A program made the translations under genes and the position numbers. Below, piece after piece: positions 12,087 to 49,784 of a stretch of 64,000 nt of DNA. Location: NCBI GenBank assembly GCA_012295275.1, contig CM022666.1:16492001-16556000 (forward strand). The letters run 5' to 3'. Source of the stretch: Chrysomallon squamiferum. Lineage: Eukaryota; Animalia; Mollusca. The notes under the pieces were generated by a model, which saw only the letters and a list, made by a program, of their open reading frames with translations, searched no databases and was not told the origin of the DNA. How positions within the stretch are numbered: position 1 is the stretch's first letter; each line of letters opens with the position of its first letter.

Positions 12087-15000
12087 CATTATTATTATTA
12101 TTATTATTGTAATCATCATTACTGTTAACATTATCATCATTATTATTGCTTAATTTCCAACATCATAATTGTATTAATTATTACGTTTTTTGATATTAGT
12201 AACTCCGTAGTGAAAGATTTTGTGTTCAATTTTAATAAAAATGTGAAGTTTTTGGAATAAATGTAACAAAGTTTTAATTAAATTCAGGTTGGCAAGTTGA
12301 TAATGCAGGCGGCTGGTAGAAGTAATTTGAAGAGAGTCAGTCTTGAACTTGGAGGGAAAAGTCCCCTTGTTATTTTCTCTGACTGTGACTGTGAGTAAAG
12401 ACATTTGACTCATGTTTTATTTGTGATTGTTTCTACTGGGTTGAAACTTCTGACATGTATTTCCATATTTGTACACAGATTCATTCAAACAATACATGCT
12501 GTTTTGTTCACATTTCAACTTTTGTTTAGATACAGTATTGTTTTTACTTGTTGCATTTCCCAACCCAGCTTTTTAACAGATTTATCTGATTTTCTGCTGT
12601 CTATGGGAAGGTGTACATGAAAGAAATCTTACTGCTAATCTGGCTGCTTTGCAGTGGATGCTGCTGTCACTTGGGCTCACGGAGCCATCATGAACAACCA
12701 AGGACAGAACTGCTGTGCCGGATCAAGAACCTTCGTTCAGGAGAGCATTTATGACCAGTTTGTGGAGAAAGCTCGCCTGATGAGTGAGATGAGGAGAGTA
12801 GGAGATCCATATGATGCACTCATCCAACAGGGCCCTCAGGTAGAGTGAAATTGTGTTTTTAGTGTGGTGTGTGTGGGTGCAGGTGTAGTATTTGTATTTT
12901 TTGAAGGAGAAAATTCTGGAGACTTTTAAGTAAAAAAAACATTTGTTTATTGTTATTGGTTGGGATGATCCAGTTGAACTTAAAGATACATTTACTTATA
13001 ATTTCAAAAAGTTTTTTTTTTTTTTTTTTTTTTTTGTAAGAGTAGATATTAAAAATAAAATAAAATGAAATATATCTTGATTGCTTTTTAAACCTTGTAT
13101 TTAAATATCACATGAGCATTTTTCATTACAGTAATAATAACAAAATCATTTTAAATTTTTATTTTTCTGAAAATTGTTTACAACTTGTGTTTTCAGATTG
13201 ATGATGCACAGTTTAAGAAGATTCTTGATCTGATTGACAGTGGCAAAAAGGAAGGAGCGAAGCTGGAGTGTGGGGAGAGCGTGCGGGGGACAAGGGGTAT
13301 TTCATTAAACCCACCGTGTTCTCTAATGTCTCTGATAAAATGAGGATTGCCAAAGAGGAGGTAAACAAAGACATTTTTGTTTATGTAAGGATGGAAGAAA
13401 CGACAGACAGAGGGAGGGAGGGAGGATTGAATGGACAGATGAACTATGGATGTAAATGGATGGAGTGACAGTTGAGTGGATGGATAGAAGGATGAATTGA
13501 CTGATTGATGGGATGAGTCAGAGAGAAATTTTAATTTATATTTGATTAGATTGAAGAGCTGGGTTGAGAGGGGTTAGATTGGGCTTCATATGACCACAGG
13601 TTCTGTTCTTCTCAGTGTAACATTTAAAACTGTTTGCTGCTGTTACCAGTGCTCTATAATTTATTTATCTTGTTATAGTGTTTTCCTGTCAGATATTTAC
13701 ACTGACTTTTAAATACATTTTTATTTACCTTAGAATGACACCCCGTAGCCAGTTATATTTTTGCTATGGTGATGTTAAAACAAACAATTTAATTCAATTC
13801 AATATAATTCCTGTCAGTGAGAATGTGTGTATGAAAAATGTGTTGCTGTTAATCAAGAGAGTAGCTGATGAAGTAGCTGCAGCAGGTTTTTCTGACAACG
13901 TTGTGTACAGTCATACATGAGGTCATGCATTCATAAATTATAAATGTGCATCAGTTAAAATGTTTCTTTCAAAAGTTTTTCTTTATGAATATAAATACTC
14001 TTAGATCTTATAAATTTGAAGAAAAAAAGAAAAAGAACAAAATTAGAAATTTGTAATTTCTTCTTCAGATATTTGGACCAGTTCAGAGTATTATCAAGTT
14101 CAAGGACATGGACGATGTGGTAGAGAGAGCTAACAACACCCACTATGGCCTGGCTGCAGGAATCATCACCAATGACATCAACAAAGCGATGACATTTGCA
14201 CAGAAGGTGCAGGCTGGCAGTGTCTGGTTAGTTTCAAATTATACACAGAACTGTTACAACAGAAATACTAGAAACAAAAAAAATTACACAGAACTTTACT
14301 GAAGAAATACTAGAAACAAAAAAAATTATACACAGAAGGGTTAATTTCACTGAAACAAAAAATTATATTCTGAGTTTTTAACCTAATATATTTACATATG
14401 GAAGGGTTAACAGGTTACTCTCACAAATTATATTCTGATTTTTAACCTAATATATTGTGTGTATGGTGTGTGTGTGTGTTGTGTCTGTGTCTGTGTCTGT
14501 GTCTGTGTCTGTGTCTGTGTCTGTGTGTGTGAAAATGTGAGTATATTAATATTATAAAATGTTATAAATATAGTTTCATCAATTAACAGATAATATTTAT
14601 ATGAAAACTTAAACAAAGCAGTTGTGAGGTATTATTTGTTATTGAGGATATTATCTGTTTAATTTTCAGGATTAACTGTTACGATATTATCACTCCTCAA
14701 ACAGCATTTGGAGGCTTCAAACAGTCAGGCCATGGAAGGGAATTGTAAGTTTTTCAATCAGCTTGTTTACAGTAGATCTACTTTTCATGCTGCAGTCTAA
14801 TTAAACATTCTTTCATTCAGTCTTGTCTGTAACATAATTACCTTTTTTTCTTAAGTAATGATGAATCATCAATATGCAGTAATATCTCAAATAAAAAATA
14901 AATTTCTGGGTTTTTTTTTTTTTTCTTTTTCCTGTTGATATAGATCAGAAATGTTGTGTGAGCTCAGTAAAATAAGAATAAATTTATTAAACCAAAAAAA

Positions 15001-15366
15001 CAAAAAAAAACAATTTAGTTACATACTTTTTTCACATTATGTTATATTTATATAACAATGATAGTGAAAATTAATGAAACATTAATAATTTACTCTAATT
15101 ACTCTATTTTATTTTTCAGAGGGGAATATGCACTGCAAGAATACACAGAAGTGAAAACAGTGAGCTTTTATTTTTTAGGTTTTTTCATACCGTCACATAT
15201 TTTTTTTATTTTTTATTATTGAATGTTATTTTGTTTTAATTTTTTAATTTTTAAATTTATTTATGTACATAAAATAATTTGATCTTCAGAATTCAATCAT
15301 TAAATACTTAAATGTATTTACTATATTTTTCAGATAACAATTAAAGTTCCAAAGAAGAACTCTTAA
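8263..15366 (+). CDS. ALDH1A: Cytosolic aldehyde dehydrogenase, ALDH1A/retinal dehydrogenase-like (ALDH1/2 family), 14 coding exons, apparent 1-nt deletion in exon 10
   Basis: Exons: 8263-8310, 9452-9556, 9873-10013, 10339-10465, 10588-10649, 11389-11517, 11774-11887, 12288-12390, 12655-12839, 13197-13360, 14069-14226, 14670-14744, 15120-15159, 15334-15366. Motifs: [30 protein letters not shown] (catalytic Glu), [11 protein letters not shown] (catalytic Cys), [16 protein letters not shown]-terminal KVPKKNS*. The short N-terminus ([16 protein letters not shown]) has no mitochondrial transit peptide. Confidence 0.95.
8715..9210. repeat. About three imperfect direct copies of a ~180-bp segment in ALDH intron 1
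   Basis: gcataattt..ttttgctt..agctcaggaattaaataaaaa occurs at ~8723, ~8919 and ~9093, and gtaattttgttacgttttaaga also repeats. Confidence 0.8.
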
Positions 15367-15887
15367 ACAAATCTACAGTTTCAATATGGCTGCCAGGAGA
15401 AAGAGAAGAGATAACAAAATATGGTGGATAGATGACTTTGAGACTTCACAATGTTAATCATTTCACTAAGATACTTATTTATTCTGGTCCCATATAATAT
15501 TTCTGTTTATCATGATGATCAGTTTTTTTTTTTTAAATCATCAGTGATGATATTAATAAAACATCTGTTTCGATTCAGAAAAAGTTTAGAAATGAAATTT
15601 TTTGCATGACATTTTGATCAGTTTTAAGGTCTTTTTATTTGTTTGTTGGCTGCTGTCTTTCTTCTGTTGCATGCTTCTTATACCAGTGTTGTCATTTTTT
15701 TTTTTTCAGTATTTCTGTTATGATTATGAAATGAATATATTTATAATATTAATGACTCCAAACATTTCAGTCATTGAAAAATAGATCTATCACGGAAATA
15801 TATTTCAACAGTAGTCATTTAACCTAGTTTAATTTATTTAAATTTTGTGGTATGTAATTTAGTTTGAAAAGATATTCATTATAAATG

Positions 15888-15948
<61 letters not shown>

Positions 15949-16226
15949 GTTGATTTTCATTATATTCATTATACTTACAGGCTCAAAAGAAATGTCATAT
16001 TATTTCAGTTGTGTATAATATCGTAGCTGGTATTATAATACTATGCATTTCAGTTGTTATATATTAAAATATACAAAGAATCTTTTCTTTCTTTTTTTCA
16101 TTAATTGAATAGGTGAAAACAAATGTAATATTGTTTTTATTTCTGACCTTTATTTGATTTTTGGGAATCATTCAAATGTGTTTTATCAGATTACAATGCA
16201 AATGTTTGATTTCATTTCTGGTGGTT

Positions 16227-16259
<33 letters not shown>

Positions 16260-17499
16260 CTTGGTTTATAACCATTTGATATATATATTTCTTTTTGTTA
16301 TTATATTTTAATCGAATTACTTCAGCATAAAGATATATTTTACAAACCAGTATTATATTTTGATAATAAAAAATGTTGAATTTGTATATTTTCCTTGTTT
16401 GTATTTTTTTGTTTTTTTTTTTTTTATTATTCCCATACTTCAAAAATATCAATGTAGGATATAAAGTTTGTAATCTCTTTACTAACTTAAAAGTGACAGT
16501 GATTTTTTTTCTTTTTCTCTTCATCAAATAATTCCTGGTTTACTGAGTTAGAACAGTCTCTGGTGTAGCGTTGTGTTTTCCTCCATCCACTAAAAGACGT
16601 ATTTATTGTTTGTTAAAACTGATCTCTTGATGGAGAGAAGCCCTGATCAATGGTTATGTCCATGTCTTGATACAGAAATTGTTGATTTGTTTATCATCTG
16701 AATCATGTCTTTTTTTTTTTTTTCTTTTCTTCATTACAAAAAGCAGTCTTGTATACATAAACATTTTCACTGGATTAGTTGGATTAGGAAACAGCACAAC
16801 AGAAGAAATGAGGAAATTTTTCTGATGTTCACAATGTTGTCTTTGTTTAAACTTAACACTAAATTCTGTTCTAAAATAAATAAAAAAAAATAGAGAAAAA
16901 TAAGTCAACTGAAATAATTAAAACAATTGCAAACAACAACAAAAAAAAAAAAAAAAAATTAATAATAATAAAAAATAAATAAATAAATATTTCCTGATAA
17001 TAATGCTTCAGAACAGTATGTTATATCAAAATATATTTTAATTTATATGTGAAATGAATATTTTTTTATGAGTGAATAAATATATGTAATGTTAAATGGT
17101 AAATAATATAACAGAAGGATAAAAGAAAACTGAGTATTCAACATGATCTAGAGCTATTCTTTATAGTCAGCATTAACAGTTACTTTTTAATGAAAACACA
17201 ACTGAAAGTTAGATTTAATGTTCTTTATATTTTTATATTCATCTGTTATTACATTTCATCATCTTCATCATTAACATCATTATTTATTTATTTATTTATT
17301 TATATATTTATTATTATTTATTTTTATTTTACTATAATTATATATATATTATAAAAATTGTTTGAATCATTATTAACACTTTCACTTCGGAGGGTATCTC
17401 ATGATTCAAACATTTTAATCATTTAGAAAAAAAATATATTTTGATAATATTTATATTAAAATAATTATCGGTAACAATTAATTAATTAATGATACAACT

Positions 17500-17651
17500 A
17501 CATTAATTTCGTTTCGTTTACATCATCGATACGTTTCGTTTCGCTAGCAATCCAATTTTTCATGAAACTAGAATTACCGGAAGACAAGTGCTGGTTGTAG
17601 AATGACGTTTAAAGTCTAAATTTATTTATTTTATGCACACCAGAATTTAGC
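17500..17651 (+). promoter_or_regulatory. Dynein intermediate chain promoter / 5' UTR
   Basis: CpG-retaining patch with TTTCG repeats, DRE-like CATCGATA and ETS-like ACCGGAAG (~17576) directly upstream of ATG 17652. Confidence 0.45.
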
Positions 17652-41852
<24,201 letters not shown>

Positions 41853-43567
41853 CCCAGTGATAATATTTATATATTTATAAAAACAACCACAGTCTGTGAG
41901 ACACACACACGAGTAAAACATTACAAGAACTGAACATCAAGAACACAGCTGTTTTCAGTCACATTATAAACATTACTTAGTGAATTTCTTTTACTACAGT
42001 TATTTCTTAATTTTCAGTGTAAGTATATAAATAAATCTGCTAGATGTAAATAAAGATAAAAATATTAACGTAAGGAGAACTAATGACAAACAGAAAAAAC
42101 AATGTTTCAACAACCAAAGTGAAAAACAAATAACACATGCATTTTCAAGATTCACATTTCAGATGAGTTTTTGATTGGTTTAGTTTCATTAAACACATTA
42201 CATGCTGTTTTCTTCACAAATGCAGATTTTTAAAATGAAACGTGGATCTCTCTAAAACAAATACTTTTTTCTTAATATCTGACATTTCATTTCTGTTAAC
42301 ATGTGCAATATAAACAAATTTTAAAAATTTAATAAAGTTGTAGAAGGATTAAAACTTGTTTTACTTAAGTACAACAGTAACTCGACAATGGACAAAATTG
42401 TTTCATAAATGTTTTCTGTTCATGTTTTACATAGTTATATGTAACACTGACAGTGATGTGGATATATAACTGATATTCCACAGAAATATACAGTTCATAC
42501 TTGAACAGCAGACAAGTACATCAGTTTATGTTTTGTACATAAAGTTAGCATGAGAAGAAATGTACAGTTCACATTATTTTTATTATTTACTTTTAAAACA
42601 AGTTAAACTTTTATCTTTCAAACTTGCCTTGTTTTGTCCTGTTTTCTGTTTCTATATTTTCAAAGCTTGTTGCATGACTTTTATTAAACTAGTTCAGCTT
42701 GAATTCAGGTTACGGTTTTTTCTTTCGTTTTGGTGCTACGTGTATCTGTATGCAGACTACAGATATCTGTGTACAGTCATCAGATCCAAGGCTTGTTGTA
42801 TGTCTGTTGAAGTTTAACATTTCAAGTTAAATAAACTTCGTCTCATGCAAACGTTTGTTATTTATTTTTTATTCAACACAGGTTTACTGTGTTTTTGTTC
42901 AGTATTTGAGTGTTTTAGACTGGAAATTGTTAACAAGGACCAAAAATACTCCATTTATCACACACAAATCAAAATAATGTTTTAATGTGAAAACATAATT
43001 ATAATATAGTTACTTGATGTCATGCATTGTCTTGGGTAATGATAGAAAAGATGAAGGGCACTTTGGGTTACTCTTACTGATAAATCAATCACTGGGAAGT
43101 GGTTAGAACAGGAATTAACCAAAAGCAGCTGTTTATATGTGTGCATGAGAGAGATGTGCTTCAAGTTCATTTTTGATCTAGTTACATAGCAGTTATTTAT
43201 TTATTAAGGATTGTATGAAAAGGGACCAAACAAAACGACCTTCATGAAACTTTTCTTTCTGTGACTAGCTGCAAGTGATTATTTACTGCAGCTTCTCAGT
43301 AACAGGAAAATAAAACTGATCTTCGACAAACAGGAAAGGAGCACTGGATGGTTAATAACACAGGTTTTATTATGTGACAAATTTCATCTAAACTCACTTC
43401 TCTTGTCAAAACTCTTCAGTTAAAGAAGGAAATTTTTATTGTTTTATTAATGATGTTTAAGATAATTTAATTCTACGAGATATAAAACTTCATTAAATAC
43501 GAAGCAAAAATAAAGTGATACTTTTCAATTTTTAGTTAGCCTTGTTTTGATTAGATAAACAAAAATA

Positions 43568-43581
43568 GTTACTATGGCAAC
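43568..43581. promoter_or_regulatory. RFX X-box-like motif GTTACTATGGCAAC
   Basis: Fits the X-box consensus GTTNCCATGGNAAC; function not shown. Confidence 0.35.
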
Positions 43582-44133
43582 AAATAACAAAACTACTTTT
43601 TCTCTATTCACATATTTATTACCATTTATCCAGACACTGGTACTGAGCTGTACAAACTGGAGAAATATTTAAAATCTGTTTACAGCAAGAACATATAAAA
43701 TGATTCTAAAACAGGTAAGTGAACACAAATGTTTGCTGTATTTTTATTTCTAAAAATGAAGTGACGTAGATATCTTTCAGTATTGCACAAATAAATCATG
43801 TATTCAGAATTGATGTTTCTAAGATAATTCTTAAAATATTCAAACAATTACTGTGTTGGTCTTGAATCTTATTACAGGGGGATGTCAGACTACAATTGAA
43901 AATAAAAAATTTTCATGTTACAATGTGTACTTGAAAAACATAAAAATATGTCAAGTATGAAGTTAAATTTAAATAATTTTTTTACATATTTATTAGCATA
44001 TTTTTCTAAGTAACAATGAAAAAATAAAATTTATATATATTTCATTATTATTATTTACATAAAATAATCTGACAATTAAAGTTGTTTTTCATGCTGATGC
44101 TGATGTTGATGTTGATGTTGAAGTGTGTAGTCG

Positions 44134-46126
44134 TCATCTCAGAAAGATGTCGGTGTTGCGGAAACTTGAATTATCTCTGAAACAAAATTTTTTTTTTTTA
44201 AATTTCACATGAGACAGAGGAGAAAGTTCTAAAGCTAAATAATATAACTTAACTTTTCAAAGACTTGATAGTTTATAACAGAAATATTGTCTTTGTAACA
44301 CAAAATAATATATTTGTAAAGAAGATTGATTTGAGCTGATTAAAAAAACTAAACAAGCCCTGGTTAATTAAAAACAAATCAAACGTATCTGAAAAGAAAG
44401 TTAACAAACAGAACAATAATTTTTACATTTATTTTAGTAATATAAAACTGAATTACTGTATTTGTCAGAAAACAGATAATTGTAAGATAAAGGTGGATTA
44501 ATATAAACTAGGATCATTTCAGGCTTGTGTAGACTGAAAACAAGTTATTTCTGTTCTGTTTCCAGAAACAAAGTAACTAACCAGACATAAAACATGTTTT
44601 AATATTTACAACTTAACAAAAATGGTGGCAGTTTTCAGAGATGGAAATGACTAAAAATATCAAACTACAAACATGGGCTCATTTAAAACACAATTAATTA
44701 TGTACATTGTCTATTGTAAAAGCAACTAAAAACAACACAAGATTACAAGTAAATAAAAACTAAATAAAAAGAAAGTTTCTCACTTGAGGCTGTCTGTGTG
44801 TGCTTTGTACTCCATTATTGTGTTTGGGGGAAGATTAAGAACACGTTTCAACGTGTCTCGAATCCGTGACGTTGTCACCTGATCACTGGCAGTGTGGTTC
44901 CATAGAGATATTATATCTTCCTAATAATACAATACAAATATATTAAATATAACACAAATATATTATATCTTCCTATAACATAACACAAATATATTATATC
45001 CTACTTAAATATAACACAAATATATTAAATCTTCCTAAAATATATCACAAATATATTATATCTTAAATATAACACAAATATATTATATCTTCCTAAAATA
45101 TAACACAAATATATTATATCTTCCTAAAATATAACACAAATATATTATGTCTTAAATATAACACAAATATATTATATCTTCCTAAAATATAACACAAATA
45201 TATTATATCTTCCTAAAATATAACACAAATATATTATATCTTCCTAAAATATATCACAAATATATTATATCTTAAATATAACACAAATATATTATATCTT
45301 CCTAAAATATAACACAAATATATTATATCTTCCTAAAATATGACACAAATATATTATATCTTCCTATAATAGAACACAAATATATTATATCTTCCTAAAA
45401 TATAACACAAGTATAAGTCTTTCTGGAAACAATACAGATCTATATTTTACTAGAATATAACAGAAATATATAACCTAGTACATCTTCATAGAATATATCT
45501 CAGAGACACATATCACAAGAACACAACACTCTGATAAAACACTGGTAAGTAATATTAAACACTGGTAAGTGATATTAAACACTGGTAAGTAATATTAAAC
45601 ACTGGTAAGTGATATTAAACACTGGTAAATGACATTAAACACTGGTAACTAATAATATACACTGGTATGTAATATTAAACACTGGTAAATGATATTAAAC
45701 ACTGGTAAATGATATTAAATGCTGATAAATGATATTAAACACTGGTAACTAACATTAAACACTGCTAAGTGATATTAAACACAGGTAAATGATATTAAAC
45801 ACTGGTAAATGATATTAAACACTAGTAACTAATAATATACACTGGTATGTATATTAAACACTGGTAAATGATATTAAACACTGGTAACTTATATTAAACA
45901 CTGATAAATGATATTAAACTGGTACCTGATATCGTATTGATACAACTGCGCCACAGATCTCCTCTCCTACCATGAACTGCTCACCTAACATGGCAAGAAT
46001 GAGATTTTCCCAGCACCGAGATGATAAACCTTTCTTCAGTCTGATAATCCATTTGCCTCCTGACTTGTTAGCACTGTCCTGTACAACACAATTATCTGTG
46101 TAGTAGAGACAGACAGACAGACAGAC

Positions 46127-46223
<97 letters not shown>

Positions 46224-46301
46224 ATATATATATATGTTTATGTGTTCATGATTTGTGTGTGTGTGTCTCTTTCTAAGTTTGAATCTGGGTCTGTTCCTCT
46301 G

Positions 46302-46332
<31 letters not shown>

Positions 46333-47891
46333 AAAAACACACATATACATACTTAGATAACAAAAATGCTTTCCAATTTAAAAGCATTTTTATATAGATG
46401 TAAGTATCTCTAAACTGTTTTTCCATCTATATGCCTGTCTGTGTGCATGCATGTTTTTGTTTGTGTGTATTAATCAGTCTTACTTCCCACATTGGTCTAA
46501 TTCCTTCTTTAAATAGATGATAGTCTGTGTGTCCAGAGAGATTTCCCGGCCGCACCAGGTGACTGTAGTACTGCCAGAACTGCTCCACCTATAACATCAT
46601 CACAGTAATAGTAATAAACATCTACATCATCATCACAGTAATAGTAATAAACATCTACATTAATAAAGTATTAATCTAAACAACATCATCACAGTAATAG
46701 TAATAAACATCTACATCATCATCACAGTAATAGTAATAAACATCTACATCATCATCACAGTATTAATAATAAATATCTACATCATCATCACAGTAATAGT
46801 AATAAATATCTACAACATCATCACAGTAATAGTAATAAATATCTACAACATCGTCACAGTATTAATATTAAACATCTACAACATCAACACAATGTTAATA
46901 ATAAACATCTACAACAGAACATTTTTAGTAATAAAAAAAACAACTGCAACATCAACACAATATTAAAAATTGACTTACTAATGAGAATAACAATACAAAC
47001 ATTTAAGATGTTTCTGCAGACAATTTTACTGAGTGAAACTAGCTCAACTTACTGATGCAAATGATCCGATAAACTTGAGATTCTGATCGTAACTTGTCAT
47101 CTGTTTGCCTGGAGTGCGGCGAGAAAACCAGTATGCGTAGTTGAAGTTGAGAGGATGTTCACCTGCTCCAGGTTTCTGTAAAAATAAAAATACAAGTTAG
47201 TATTCTCACATACTGGATCTACGGAAAAAGATTATAAATAGTTTATAGTGCTGGTTCATAAGAAAACATTCAGTAAAACTTGGAATATATATTAATATAC
47301 ATACCTGTCTGTACACTGTAAAAATAACTTAATCAGTAAGGTAAAATACAAGTTTATACAATAATACACCAGATCACTTTAACAAAAATAAATATTTAGT
47401 AATGAAGAATACTTTGAAGAATTTTAAACATGCGCACGAAAAATATATATATATTTATATTTTAATATTCATATTTTTATTAATTATTTAAAATATTTTA
47501 CCGGTGCTGGTCTGGGTGCCATATCACTGCTATTTGTATTATCTTCCTCGCCGCTATCTTCGGGTTTTAATCTATATAAATAGAATGTTTGAAAAGATGT
47601 TACTATGAAACTAAACAGCAACATACTGGGTACAACCTAGCAGAATTTGTTTTTAATCATTTCTAAAATAATCCTTTAAAAACGTGATTATTTCTGTGAT
47701 TAATTTAAAAAACGAAAAAGTAATACACACGGAAACACAAACGCAATTGCTGTAACTAATAGAATGTATTAAATATATGAAATAAGTATTCTATTTTAAC
47801 ATAACTGTAGTTACTTTGAACCAATTACAAATCTATATACTATTTTATAATAGACAAATAATATTACATACACATCAAATTTGTTATTCAT
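44134..47891 (-). CDS. EIF4E2: Eukaryotic translation initiation factor 4E type 2 (4EHP, class II eIF4E), 7 coding exons
   Basis: Exons: 47872-47891 (MNNKFD), 47502-47571, 47053-47175 (EHPLNFNYAYWFSRR..SYDQNLK, with the class II Tyr-for-Trp substitutions), 46484-46588 (VEQFW..LFKEGIRPMWE), 45926-46078 (GGKWIIRLKKGLSSRCWENLILAMLGEQFMVGEEICGAVVS), 44784-44920 (EDIISLWN..RIRDTLKRVLNLPPNTIMEYKAHTDSLK), 44134-44176 (DNSSFRNTDIFLR*). All introns GT-AG with consistent phases. The ORF track misses this gene because the exons are short. Confidence 0.96.
44909..45411 (-). repeat. ~31-bp tandem repeat copying the acceptor and first codons of EIF4E2 exon 6
   Basis: Minus-strand unit tatttgtgttatattttag|gaagatataata; about a dozen copies keep AG|GAAG. 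Confidence 0.92.
45535..45922. repeat. 20-bp tandem repeat (ACTGGTAA(G/A)T(G/A)ATATTAAAC), ~19 copies, abutting the EIF4E2 exon 5 donor
   Basis: Read directly from the sequence. Confidence 0.93.
46592..46915. repeat. ~33-bp tandem repeat (CATCATCACAGTAATAGTAATAAACATCTA) abutting the EIF4E2 exon 4 acceptor
   Basis: Read directly from the sequence. Confidence 0.9.
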
Positions 47892-48465
47892 TTCGTGAAT
47901 TTATATCTCTCGCTACAACGTTTGTATGTTATATTCTCCACCTATATCCGGAGATCCACCAACAATATGTCAGGACTCTGCTTGTCGTAATATCAGACGA
48001 AAATTTGCTCTTTTCTAAAATAGCCACTGAATACAGAAAACCAGACTATAATAGCTTCTAAACTTTCTGAGGCTTGGGACAATCGCATCAATATTTAAAA
48101 CTTCGAAAATCAACATATGCATGAAAGCAGAATACTGAATAGTTTGCTTAATTTAAAGGCAGTTTCTATTTTAACACTGATGTGTAATAGCACGTATTAA
48201 AAAATCATCTAAAAACTTACGGATTTCGGAATGAAAGGACATACATAGTTTTTGTATACTGTTTATATGCATAACCTGGGGAATATTTGTATACAGTTCT
48301 TCAAGCGAGGTAAGTTTCCGAATTATACCGATGATTGCCGTAATTTACCGAGGAGTTGTCACATACTATTCGTATCGGAACACAGTAAACGTCACGTGAC
48401 TATACCTGACTGTACAGGAGGTTGGTCAATGCAAACTACTGTGTTAAATATTGAACTTTCTGCTG

Positions 48466-48485
48466 GAGCTGGCTCTAGTCTAGTG
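48466..48485 (+). pseudogene. 5' fragment of a vault-RNA-like gene, truncated by a hAT insertion
   Basis: GAGCTGGCTCTAGTCTAGTG preceded by the same ~160-bp upstream region as the intact copies (tttccgaattataccgatga..tcacgtgactatacctgactgtacagg..gtgttaaatattga) and followed directly by CAGTGGTTCTCAACC. Confidence 0.8.
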
Positions 48486-48900
48486 CAGTGGTTCTCAACC
48501 TTTTTTTTTCTTTTTTTTTTTTTTTTTGGTCAATGGCACACTTTAGAACACATGAAACAATAGCGGCACACCTGGCTAAATATATACGAAAAATATTTGA
48601 ATTTTGTAAAGTCATAGACCCAGCCTAGTCATAGACACCTAGAATGACTCAAACTAAATAAAGAAAAACACAGCTATACTTCACTGCAGTGTTTCGAATT
48701 TCATCAGTCAAATAGCTGGCTTCTTTAGTGAGAAATTTGTGCCTGGCTTTTATTCATAATTTCCTCAATGTTTGGTCGAATATGAGACAGACACACCCTC
48801 ATTTCTGCTTTCGTTGTAGTAATCTCTCAGCTTCATGTTTTTGATGTTGCCTAATTCACATATATAAGGAGTTGAAAATTGTAATAAAATTTGTTGAGGA
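48486..48900 (-). mobile_element. hAT (Charlie/Buster-type) DNA transposon remnant: terminal inverted repeat plus degraded transposase C-terminus
   Basis: TIR-like CAGTGGTTCTCAACC at 48486-48500 with subterminal GGCACAC repeats. Minus strand 48725-~48895 reads ILLQFSTPYICELG..(frameshift)..EMRVCLSHIRPNIEEIMNKSQAQISH*, matching the Buster/ZBED5-like C-terminus (LLPFSTTYLCE.GFS..LR..LS.I.P.I......QAQ.SH*). The target GTCTAGTG resembles the NTCTAGAN preference. Confidence 0.88.
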
Positions 48901-49285
48901 TAGACATTTTTACACCTCGCCGTCTGAAATTCAAATGACCGTTGTTACAGCTGTCAAATTATTTAGTGAAGAAAATGACGTCGAATCCTTTTTTTATATA
49001 TATTTATTAAAATATACTAAAATATTTCTTTAAAAATTATTATTATTATTATTATTGTAGTAGTATTATTATTAGTAGTAGTGGTAGTACTAGTGGTAGT
49101 AGTAGTAGTAATAATAGTAGTAGTAGTAGTAGTAAATATTGTAAGAAATATGTTTATGTATTCAGCTAGTACTACAGATACACTATTGCAACAACAACAA
49201 TTTTATTATTAATTTTTTATTGTTTTTATTTTTATTTATCTTTATGAGTTTATCGTCAGCAAATGATTTTTATTTTAAATATTTA

Positions 49286-49324
<39 letters not shown>

Positions 49325-49466
49325 TTATCTATCCACTTACATTCTATTATTCATTTTAAAAAAAAGTAATAATTTAAAACGTAATAATATCAATAATATT
49401 TATTAAATAAATATAAATTTATAATAACAAATAAAATGTTGTTTTCAGTTGTCAGTCTGTGTACAT

Positions 49467-49554
<88 letters not shown>

Positions 49555-49784
49555 CTGTATTCAATGTATCGTGTGTGTTCTGTGTTTACGTGTATATGTG
49601 TGTTTCTGTGTTGATGCACGTGTACATGAGTGTCGTACTGTCAGTGTGACTGTATGTACTGTGTCTGTACGATTCGTTTAAGTCTAAACATAAACTCTTT
49701 TTATATTTTGTATGCAGTTTATGCACAGAGCCTGCCAGTGATTTTGATATAATATTTTTTTCTAACGGATGCTCAGCCTGTGGT

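Noticed and set aside
11916-12153. Poly-Ile/Leu/Tyr/RE/SL ORFs here and at 24.0, 30.4, 37.7, 39.8, 46.0, 58.4, 59.4, 61.9, 62.3 and 63.4 kb
   Set aside because: Microsatellite translations.
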